A stretch of 11,917 bases of DNA, from the NCBI GenBank assembly GCA_048881705.1, contig JBHLSH010000022.1, positions 1 to 11,917 of the forward strand, read 5' to 3'. The notes beneath the pieces are model-generated. The model saw only the letters and a list, made by a program, of their open reading frames with translations. It was not told where the DNA came from and did not search any database. Position 1 is the stretch's first letter; each line of letters opens with the position of its first letter. Shown here piece after piece: positions 4,644-11,917 of this stretch. The translations under genes and the position numbers were made by a program. The DNA is from Candidatus Heimdallarchaeota archaeon. Its GTDB lineage: Archaea > Asgardarchaeota > Heimdallarchaeia > Hodarchaeales > Hodarchaeaceae.

Positions 4644-7013
4644 TTAGCGTCTTCTACGAATGATGGCTGGTATTAGGGTCAATGATCCAAAAACCACGAG
4701 TATCTCAAAACCTGGAGAGATACCTGCCGTTGTGGTGGTTGTCGTACTTGGGGTATAGTCGAGTTGATCGAAGTCAAGGTTTAAACTATAGGACAAACCT
4801 GCTGTATCAAAGGCACCTGATATTAGCCAGAAGTATTCCGCAGAGGCATCATATCCCACAGTTGCTTCACTGAACAAATAGTTCTCTGTATCATTGTCAG
4901 CGGCAGAAACATCAAATGCAATCCCTGCTTCTGCGCCCGCGTGTGTTCCGTTCTTGATCCAGTCCAATCCAAACGTAAAGGTGGTTATATCGAAATCATC
5001 ACCTTCATCCTGAAGTTGGATGGCGTTTGACACGAATTCTACGAAACTTGGACTGGTTAAAACATCGGCAACGGCGTCTACAACAGCTTCAGCGAACATC
5101 ATGGATCCACCGACGACTTCCCAGTCTGGGGTACGCATAGGGAGAGGAATCGCTGACCGCAGTTGGTCCATAGGAATTCCAAAGAGATTAGGTACAACTT
5201 GTGCACCAAGCCCCGCCATGGGATTTGCCCCAAAGAGAGGAATCTGGAGTCCCATAGATCGATAGGAGGTGAATTCGGTACCCGCAAGTTCTTGCTCGCC
5301 AAACACTATTGCATAGTCAGTAAAGATATCAAAGGTATTACTAGGGCCAATGAGGTAGGGTTTCAAAACAGTGTGGGTGAAAACCTGGCCTTGCTCGAAA
5401 TCGTAATACTGTTCTTCGACTTCAACGTAGGTCACTGGGCCGCTCCAAGTTGGAGAAGGCAGTGCAGCCATTTGTTGTTCTATGCTCCATGGGATATCGT
5501 GACGCCAGTAGAAATCCCAATCTGCTTGTTCATAAACCCAGGCCCATGTCGCTCCATGTTCTAGAAGTTCTGGAACAAGATGAGTATCGTTTTCTGATCT
5601 TCTTCCGTTATGAATATCAGTACGATAGAACCAGGTGCTGTTCATGTATGTCTGCGCGTCAAAAAGGTTGAGTGCAAAGTCGGATTGACCCCACTCGCCA
5701 GTGTCACCACCTAGCGGCCCGTAATAGTCTCCTATGGGAGGTTGGGCACCAGATCCAGCAGGAACTCCGCCCCCACTGAAGAATCCAAGTCTATCAGCGA
5801 GGAATCGGGCTAAATCGAGCATAGTTCCGTCGACGTGATAGTATAACCCATCCATCGAGTCAACATGCCAATCTAACAACTTTTCGCCATCAAGTGCATT
5901 GACGGCACTTTCGATTGAAGTGAGCAGGTCATTGATCAATTGTTCTTCTGTATCATTCACTAGGTCTACTGTGATGTCAAATAAGACATTCATATCGTAT
6001 TGACCCGCATTATTTACGGCTAGTGGAATATTTGACTGACTCGGAAAACCTGCTTCCAAGTCGAATGCGAACAAAAGCCGCTCATTTGTATCGAAGGTAC
6101 CACTGTGATCCATATCACTCTTGAAGTCGACTGAAAAACTGGTCAAGATACCCGTATTATCCCACATGCCTGAGACGGAAATATTTTCCCATTGATCTCC
6201 ACTAGTTCCATTGAAGTGCTTACCCTCGATGGTTAGGGCATAATTACTGGTAAGAGACGAGGTAACCTTCCAACTGGTGTTATCATCAGGCCCTTTCTCA
6301 CCACCTTGGGGTAAGACGTCCATATACTTGGCTACATTAGTCCAAAACGAGTGCGCATCAGCCAAGTTATCCAAGATAAAAATGGCTGGTGTTAGAGCTG
6401 GAAAACCATCTTTGTACCCGAACATATGGGCCAAATCACTGAGATCATTAACGTAGGAAAAGTTTGTAGGGCTACGCACCACTGGTAACGGTGGGGTGGC
6501 TGATCCACCAGGAATGGTAAAACTTGTAGGTATAAGATCCAAAGGGATACCTTGGGGAGCGTTTGCTTGGTCTATTTGCCATGATACAGTAACGCCTGAT
6601 CCCAATATTAGGGCGGCCTGCCAATCGAGGAGGCGCTTGCCGTTTGAATCTGTTTGGTCGTTGATGATCTTTACAAACAAGTCTGACCCTTCAATCGTAC
6701 CAACTATTTTGAATGGAGGTATTCCTTCTCCTACACCAGAGACAAATCCGACATTCATATATTGGTCGAAAGGAGTGATGGCAGTTGTCAGATTATATTT
6801 GAGATTGGTATTTTCCTTTCCTTGTGGAATTGTAGTTCCAGGACCTTGGGTCCATGCGGAATCTATTCCTAGATCTAAATCCATCGTGTACGTGCCAGGG
6901 AGAGGCCCTTCAGAGAAGGGATCTGTCTCCTGAGCCAAAAGGGGCGAGCCAAGCCCTCCAAGGAGTAATAGTCCTATGGATACAAGACCCAGGATATAAA
7001 AGTATTTTTTCAT
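4644..7013 (-). CDS. Secreted acidic cell-surface glycoprotein (789 aa) with Sec signal peptide and PGF-CTERM-type (archaeosortase) C-terminal anchor
   Basis: N-terminus MKKYFYILGLVSIGLLLLGGLGSPLLA|Q (basic, hydrophobic, cleavage site; no lipobox Cys). C-terminus PSTTTTTTAG-ISPGFE-ILVVFGSLTLIPAII-RRRR (Thr linker, PGF, TM helix, Arg cluster). D/E-rich, Cys-free, with 10 N-x-S/T sequons. AGGTGA RBS lies 9 nt upstream. Confidence 0.9.
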   Translation of the reverse strand: MKKYFYILGLVSIGLLLLGGLGSPLLAQETDPFSEGPLPGTYTMDLDLGIDSAWTQGPGTTIPQGKENTNLKYNLTTAITPFDQYMNVGFVSGVGEGIPPFKIVGTIEGSDLFVKIINDQTDSNGKRLLDWQAALILGSGVTVSWQIDQANAPQGIPLDLIPTSFTIPGGSATPPLPVVRSPTNFSYVNDLSDLAHMFGYKDGFPALTPAIFILDNLADAHSFWTNVAKYMDVLPQGGEKGPDDNTSWKVTSSLTSNYALTIEGKHFNGTSGDQWENISVSGMWDNTGILTSFSVDFKSDMDHSGTFDTNERLLFAFDLEAGFPSQSNIPLAVNNAGQYDMNVLFDITVDLVNDTEEQLINDLLTSIESAVNALDGEKLLDWHVDSMDGLYYHVDGTMLDLARFLADRLGFFSGGGVPAGSGAQPPIGDYYGPLGGDTGEWGQSDFALNLFDAQTYMNSTWFYRTDIHNGRRSENDTHLVPELLEHGATWAWVYEQADWDFYWRHDIPWSIEQQMAALPSPTWSGPVTYVEVEEQYYDFEQGQVFTHTVLKPYLIGPSNTFDIFTDYAIVFGEQELAGTEFTSYRSMGLQIPLFGANPMAGLGAQVVPNLFGIPMDQLRSAIPLPMRTPDWEVVGGSMMFAEAVVDAVADVLTSPSFVEFVSNAIQLQDEGDDFDITTFTFGLDWIKNGTHAGAEAGIAFDVSAADNDTENYLFSEATVGYDASAEYFWLISGAFDTAGLSYSLNLDFDQLDYTPSTTTTTTAGISPGFEILVVFGSLTLIPAIIRRRR

Positions 7014-7022
7014 TTCTTGAAA

Positions 7023-7036
7023 TCACCTATATAGGT
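7023..7036 (-). promoter_or_regulatory. Shine-Dalgarno AGGTGA of the surface-protein gene, overlapped by the 12-bp palindrome ACCTATATAGGT
   Basis: TCACCT at 7023-7028 (AGGTGA on the - strand). Positions 7025-7036 are perfectly self-complementary. Confidence 0.6.
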
Positions 7037-7141
7037 ATTATTTCTAGTAGTTCCCGTATTTTTCTTTCGAGACTCCCTTTCATGCTGTACTAAAGTTCAG
7101 CGATCGGGAGGAAGCTCTTATGGTAAGAATCGGATTAATTG

Positions 7142-7148
7142 TTTATAA
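7142..7148. promoter_or_regulatory. TATA-box candidate (TTTATAA; reads TTATAAA on the - strand) in the divergent intergenic region
   Basis: Best TATA-like heptamer between the divergent starts at 7013 and 7253. Confidence 0.4.
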
Positions 7149-7252
7149 GGGTAATAGAATCGATTATCCGCCGAGTTTTACTAGGGGCCATTTTGGTTGC
7201 CTTGATTGGTACGGAGGTTCGAAGACAAAACTAATTATTCCTTCCGGGATGA

Positions 7253-9715
7253 ATGATACATGTCTTGACAATCAAGATCAACAGAGACAAAAAGGAATTA
7301 TCATTAAGTGTCCGAGACCTGACATTATATGGTGTGTCATCCAAATCTAGGATCGGGATTTTCTTCAAAAATGCTGAAGCAGGTCAGGAAATACATTCGC
7401 AGATTCAAGAGAAGAAACAAAGAGAAAATGCTGCCTATCAGCAAGAATTTTTCGTAAAACACTCATTTTTCATTAACGGGTGGCAAATTACAATCCGAGG
7501 TCGGATAGATCTCATCTTAAAGACCCCCCAAGAGACTAAAATCGAAGAAATAAAGACAATCTATACAAAACGCTTTGAAGATTCCCAAAAGGATCCTCAA
7601 ATTTACTCATATAAGTTACAGCTTCTGTTTTATGCGTGGATCCTCAGTAAGATTGATCCAGACCTTTCTAAACCAGTCTTAAGATTAATCATAGTAAATC
7701 GTTACGATAATCAACAGTATGATGTTGACGTTCCCTATGAGGACGTCACCAAGGACATCCATAAACGGATACTTGATGTGATTGCCAAAGAACAGGAGAA
7801 CTACGATCAATATGAAAGAAAAGTAAATTCGCTCAAGTATTTACAGTTTCCGTTTCCTTATCGGCAGTATCAAGAAGATATAATACACAGAATAGAAGGT
7901 GTAATAAAAGAGGGACTAAACCTTATTATTGAGGCTCCAAGTGGCCTTGGAAAAACGGTTGTTTCTCTATATACTCTTCTCCCAAAAGTAATCAATGAAA
8001 ATACCAAACTCTTCTTTCTGACAGCAAAAACAACACAGAGGCATATTGTTGTCCAAACTCTCAAAATATTTAGAAAACAGGGAGTCGACTTCCTAGGGAT
8101 CGTATTACGAGCGAAGGAGAAGATGTGCACCAATGAATTCTACTTTTGTCACGAAGACTTCTGTCCTTTTCTCAAGGCACATGTGTACAATAATCCTGAA
8201 ATTTACAAGGAGAAGATTGTAAAACAACGTGGGATTATTACCCCTGAAATAATAGAAGATCTTGCTAGAGAGACTCAGGGATTTTGTCCTTTTGAATTAG
8301 CTCTGGACGTTTCGCTCGACGCTGATGTAATTATTGGAGATTATAATTATGTTTTTCATCCTCGGGTTGTTTTGCAACGTTTCTTTGGGGAAGGAGTACC
8401 GAGAACTATGAAATATTTCCTGATAATAGATGAGGCGCATAATCTAGTCGCACGGAGTACAACCTATTACTCTCACAGCTTGTTACAACGCGAAATCGTA
8501 ACCTTCAAACGTGCCTGTAGGCAACTAAAACGCAAATTTAAGGGAATTCCGTTACCGACGGCTGTAATACCCGAATTAGAAAAGATATTCCGGGATTTAC
8601 AGGTTTTAATATCCTCTAGGCCCACAAATATAACAACTCATGTTATGGAAACTTCCGATTTACCGCTTCGGACACTAAAGGCCATAATTGTTCAATATGA
8701 GGATGAAATAACCCATTATATTCGATTTTTGGTCGAAAACGGATACCATTGGCCTGAAGATCCAGTTCTTCAATTCTACTATCACCTTCGCACCTTGGTG
8801 GAGACAGCTATTAATGTTCCCCTCTATCCAAAGGAGTTCTCGATCTTGTTCAATTCTAATGAGGGGGAAATTAAGATCCTGTGTAAGGATGCCTCCTTGT
8901 TTCTTGCTCAACAATTTCAAAAATTCAATTCTGTTATCGCGATTTCAGCCACGATTTCACCTTTTCACTTTTACCGAGATTTACTTGGATTGCCGGTCGA
9001 ACGCACGATTCATGAGAGATATCCATCTCCCTTCCCATCTGAAAGAAGAAAAATATTGGTGATAACTGACGTAGATACCCGATACACTAATCGGCACCTT
9101 TCTTACCATTCAATAGCTGACTTTCTTAAGCGTGCTACCCTTATAAAGCCAGGGAGATATTTTGTGTTCTTCCCTTCCTTCGAATACGCAAAAAAAGTTC
9201 TTAATCATTATTCGACAGAAAAAGAACAGCTAATATTACGGCAAAACTCCTTTATGACAGAAGAAGAACGAATTAGGTTTATACACACCTTAGGAAAGGC
9301 CCCACAAGTCTTAGCAGTCGGAGTTACCTCAGGTATTTTTGCAGAAGGCATTGACCTGCCGGGAATTTTGGACGGTATATTTATTGTCGGGCCAAGTCTT
9401 CCTCCTGTATCTGTTGAGCGCGAGTTAATAAGAAGTTATTACGATGATAAATATAATGATGGTTTTACCTATGCATACCAATTTCCTGGTCTAACGCGCA
9501 CTTTCCAAGCAGCGGGTCGCTTAATTCGCTCCGCGAGTGACTATGGAATTATTGTCTTTATAGGTTATCGTTTTGGAACATCTGGCTATTCTGCCCATTT
9601 TCCTTCCTATTATTATCGAAATCACCCAAGAGAGCTGGTTAGTACAGATCCAATTAGTGAGATTGAAGCGTTCTGGCAGTTATGGGAAAAGAATAAGGAT
9701 CAACTATCGAAATAA
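7253..9715 (+). CDS. RecB/Cas4-like PD-(D/E)xK nuclease fused to an XPD/Rad3/DinG-family SF2 helicase with an Fe-S cluster
   Basis: Nuclease motifs: GQEIH, GRID (7499-7510), EEIK (7544-7555), QLLFY (7619-7633). Helicase motifs: Q motif FPFPYRQYQ, Walker A EAPSGLGKT (from 7931), Fe-S ligands C292/C299/C304/C345, DYNYVF, DEAH (from 8429), SAT, FAEGID, motif VI QAAGRLIRS. The exact start is uncertain (ATG 7253 or TTG 7265). Confidence 0.93.
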   Translation: MIHVLTIKINRDKKELSLSVRDLTLYGVSSKSRIGIFFKNAEAGQEIHSQIQEKKQRENAAYQQEFFVKHSFFINGWQITIRGRIDLILKTPQETKIEEIKTIYTKRFEDSQKDPQIYSYKLQLLFYAWILSKIDPDLSKPVLRLIIVNRYDNQQYDVDVPYEDVTKDIHKRILDVIAKEQENYDQYERKVNSLKYLQFPFPYRQYQEDIIHRIEGVIKEGLNLIIEAPSGLGKTVVSLYTLLPKVINENTKLFFLTAKTTQRHIVVQTLKIFRKQGVDFLGIVLRAKEKMCTNEFYFCHEDFCPFLKAHVYNNPEIYKEKIVKQRGIITPEIIEDLARETQGFCPFELALDVSLDADVIIGDYNYVFHPRVVLQRFFGEGVPRTMKYFLIIDEAHNLVARSTTYYSHSLLQREIVTFKRACRQLKRKFKGIPLPTAVIPELEKIFRDLQVLISSRPTNITTHVMETSDLPLRTLKAIIVQYEDEITHYIRFLVENGYHWPEDPVLQFYYHLRTLVETAINVPLYPKEFSILFNSNEGEIKILCKDASLFLAQQFQKFNSVIAISATISPFHFYRDLLGLPVERTIHERYPSPFPSERRKILVITDVDTRYTNRHLSYHSIADFLKRATLIKPGRYFVFFPSFEYAKKVLNHYSTEKEQLILRQNSFMTEEERIRFIHTLGKAPQVLAVGVTSGIFAEGIDLPGILDGIFIVGPSLPPVSVERELIRSYYDDKYNDGFTYAYQFPGLTRTFQAAGRLIRSASDYGIIVFIGYRFGTSGYSAHFPSYYYRNHPRELVSTDPISEIEAFWQLWEKNKDQLSK

Positions 9716-9772
9716 CAGACTTGATGTTGAATAGGAAAAGAATCAAGTTTCTCCATGAAGAAGGTTTGTTGA

Positions 9773-10819
9773 ATGCTTTCCGAAGAAGAGAAGATTTTAT
9801 ATTCTAGACAGATTATTCTGCCTGACTTCGGGGAGGAGGGTCAGGTTAAATTAAAAAAAGCAAGGGTTCTGGTTGTCGGCCTAGGCGGACTGGGAACGTT
9901 TTCCAGTCTTTTGTTGGCTGAGCTAGGAATTGGATACCTAAGGTTGGTGGACCAGGACATCATTGAGGTCTCGAATCTTCATAGACAACCCCTTTATACT
10001 CACTCAGATCTTGAACGCGCTAAAGTTGAAGTGGCTGCTGAAAGACTGAGAGGGATCCATCCCTCTATCGTGATCGACTCGCATGCAACCCATGTAAATG
10101 AGGCTAATGCAGACGAAATCCTCCGTGATATCGATATTGTTATCGACGGATTAGATAATTTTGAAACTCGACGGGTTCTCAATCAGGTTTGCCTTAAAAA
10201 GGGAATTCCCTTTATTTTCTGTGGGGTAAGTGCTCGATCGGGAAACTTAACAACATTTAACTTGAATAGAGACTCCCCTTGCTTATCTTGTATCTATCAT
10301 GGGGTAGATGATGTTGATGTTGAAAGTTGTGATATAACTGGAATTCACCCGGCCCTACTACCGATTATAACAGGATTACAGGTTTACGAAGCAGTAGAAA
10401 TCATAATTGGTAATAAATCAAATCTAAACGGTTCTCTTCTGTTTGTCGATCTTCCACAAATGACCTTTGACCATATCTCAATACGAAAAAACCCTACATG
10501 TCCCGTTTGCGCACATCCCAGGCACCATCTGCCCGTAAGTTCCGATATTAATTATCGAACGCTAGAGCTATGTGGAGAGGACAACTATATGATCGTTCCA
10601 ATTATTAGAAAAAGTTCCCTGGATATCCCCAGCTTGAGCTCCAAGATCGAAAAGGTCTATAAATTGAAATTGAAAGGAAAATTATCAATTACCTTTTTCT
10701 ATGATGAAAAGGTTCTAATTACGCTTTTTAAAGGTGGAAATGCCCTGATTAGAGGAATGAAAGACCCTAGTAAAGTAATGAGTATATGGGATAAGATAAG
10801 CCAACAGTTTATCGAGTAA
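9773..10819 (+). CDS. ThiF/MoeB/HesA-family E1-like adenylyltransferase with a C-terminal Cys-containing TBP-like (CCTBP) domain
   Basis: YSRQI, VLVVGLGGLG, D..E.SNLHRQ, DGLDNFETR, Zn pairs CLSC (10280-10291) and CPVC (10499-10510), and catalytic-position Cys186 (ESCDITG). The ~90-aa tail has ELCG (Cys267) and ITLFKGGNALIRG, resembling the TBP-fold signature. No rhodanese domain. Confidence 0.92.
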   Translation: MLSEEEKILYSRQIILPDFGEEGQVKLKKARVLVVGLGGLGTFSSLLLAELGIGYLRLVDQDIIEVSNLHRQPLYTHSDLERAKVEVAAERLRGIHPSIVIDSHATHVNEANADEILRDIDIVIDGLDNFETRRVLNQVCLKKGIPFIFCGVSARSGNLTTFNLNRDSPCLSCIYHGVDDVDVESCDITGIHPALLPIITGLQVYEAVEIIIGNKSNLNGSLLFVDLPQMTFDHISIRKNPTCPVCAHPRHHLPVSSDINYRTLELCGEDNYMIVPIIRKSSLDIPSLSSKIEKVYKLKLKGKLSITFFYDEKVLITLFKGGNALIRGMKDPSKVMSIWDKISQQFIE

Positions 10820-10884
10820 GGGTTTTTGATATGGTTATTACGGTGCAATCTAGACAAGGATATCCGAGGTTATACCATTCTAGT

Positions 10885-10890
10885 AGGTGG
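10885..10890 (+). promoter_or_regulatory. Shine-Dalgarno AGGTGG
   Basis: Lies 7 nt upstream of ATG 10898. Confidence 0.65.
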
Positions 10891-10897
10891 ATTTATC

Positions 10898-11917
10898 ATG
10901 TCTGAACGTCAAAGGGAAATAGAAGCAAAGGTCATCGCTCACGAGAAAGAAAAGAAAATTTTGGAAGGTGTAAAAGCCTATTATGAGAAAAAAAACCTCT
11001 CATTTAGTGATATAGAAGAAATATCAGGAATTTCCATTCGGGAGTTCAAAAGGTATCAACAGGAGCATGATTACCCCTACCGAGCGAGTTTAACCCATCT
11101 GAAAGCCAAAAGATTATCCGAAAAGATTGATCAGAGAGTGGCTGAGATCGACAAAGCCATCACAAATTTACGGGGATCGATTTTCGGAACTCTAAATCAA
11201 TTGATTTTCATTCCCAATTGGCAGCGTTTAATTGGAACCTCTTTCACGGGGTTCTATAGAAATCAGCCTGTTCAGAAAATCTTTCAAGCCACAGTAGCGT
11301 TCTTACCTGATGTGGCATTAGCTGGATTCGAGGAAACCATGGGGGAACCATTCTTTCTTTTAACTGGGCTAGGGATATATTACGTCAAGTTTCAAATGGG
11401 TGCTGGGTCAATAGTTACAGATCACCGCGAGATAACTGGAATTGTTTTACCTCTGGATGTTTATGAAAGAGCCCAAGATGAATCTGGATCCTTACTAGAG
11501 AGTACCGTTTTGCGAATGACAGAATACATTACCGCCATTCCCTTTTCTCTTGTTACTGCCAAGCGGACTACGCAAATGTATTTACGCGGCGTGCTTTCGA
11601 GGAACGTGTTTATGCCCAACAAGGAGTGTTTTGACCAATTGATGGCGAGCTGTCAAAACCCTAATAGTTTTTCGCCCGAAGAGGGATTTAAAATCCTCTC
11701 AGGAGGATTATCTACTCAACGTCAGCTTTACACAAATGAAATCCTTACTGAACGCCCCTTGGGAGATTATTCAAGCCTTATAGCAGGGATAAAAAACACT
11801 CAACCGAAGTTGGACAAAATTATTGCTGATTTACAGCTGAACGCAACCCGAGACGCGTTCTTTGCCAAGCTTCAACAGATTAAGAGCGAATTTTATGAGA
11901 TTGGTCGTAAAGTTCTG
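10898..11917 (+). CDS. Uncharacterised protein (>=340 aa, 3' end outside the window) with an N-terminal HTH-like motif and a coiled-coil segment
   Basis: Hand translation gives 340 codons without a stop: MSERQREIEAKVIAHEKEKKILEGVKAYYEKKNLSFSDIEEISGISIREFKRYQQEHDYPY...EFYEIGRKVL, with a good RBS. Residues ~25-61 resemble the UPF0175-like HTH pattern. It is not in the ORF track, presumably because it has no stop in the window. Confidence 0.85.
   Translation, partial: MSERQREIEAKVIAHEKEKKILEGVKAYYEKKNLSFSDIEEISGISIREFKRYQQEHDYPYRASLTHLKAKRLSEKIDQRVAEIDKAITNLRGSIFGTLNQLIFIPNWQRLIGTSFTGFYRNQPVQKIFQATVAFLPDVALAGFEETMGEPFFLLTGLGIYYVKFQMGAGSIVTDHREITGIVLPLDVYERAQDESGSLLESTVLRMTEYITAIPFSLVTAKRTTQMYLRGVLSRNVFMPNKECFDQLMASCQNPNSFSPEEGFKILSGGLSTQRQLYTNEILTERPLGDYSSLIAGIKNTQPKLDKIIADLQLNATRDAFFAKLQQIKSEFYEIGRKVL

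Noticed and set aside
4682-7093. ORFs 4682..4873, 5020..5265, 5099..5302, 5163..5564, 5450..5671, 6496..6933 and 6854..7093
   Set aside because: Alternative-frame or antisense shadows of the 789-aa surface gene, with no motifs of their own.
7253-9715. Type IV CRISPR (CasDinG) or Cas4 adaptation module
   Set aside because: No repeat-spacer array and no cas1/cas5/cas6/cas7-like gene in the window, and the nuclease lacks the Cas4 Fe-S cysteines.
7120-10182. ORFs 7120..7350, 7870..8133, 8675..8920, 8814..9062 and 10000..10182
   Set aside because: They overlap the helicase or E1 genes out of frame or antisense; 7120..7350 also spans the likely promoter.
9773-10819. CBASS Cap2 or Bil-type defence E1
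   Set aside because: No fused E2 domain and no adjacent CD-NTase, JAB or Ubl gene; the sequence has the canonical MoeB/ThiF layout.
1-11917. Mobile element or provirus
   Set aside because: No transposase, integrase, terminal inverted repeats, att-like tRNA duplication or viral structural genes seen.

Overview
Archaeal chromosomal window with eight well-supported protein genes. Orc1/Cdc6, a PGF-CTERM-type sorting signal, archaeal GlmU-like LbH and GGTG-type RBSs point to an archaeon; an Asgard/Heimdallarchaeia-like host is plausible but only inferred. Gene order: 3' end of a GlmU-like left-handed beta-helix protein (+); an uncharacterised 4-TM membrane protein (-); an ~800-bp mostly non-coding stretch with repeats, palindromes, an 11-T tract and a possible 71-aa ORF; Orc1/Cdc6 of the Orc1-2-like type (+); a GT-C/GT87-like membrane glycosyltransferase (-); a 789-aa acidic secreted surface protein with a C-terminal PGF sorting signal (-). 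Three co-oriented + genes follow: a RecB/Cas4-type PD-(D/E)xK nuclease fused to an Fe-S XPD/DinG helicase, a ThiF/MoeB E1-like enzyme with a C-terminal Cys-containing TBP-like domain, and a >=340-aa unknown protein with an N-terminal HTH that runs off the window and is absent from the ORF track. No rRNA, tRNA, CRISPR array, transposase or integrase was seen. The best leads are the nuclease-helicase/E1/HTH trio and the long region upstream of cdc6. No database searches were run; family assignments come from motif recognition.
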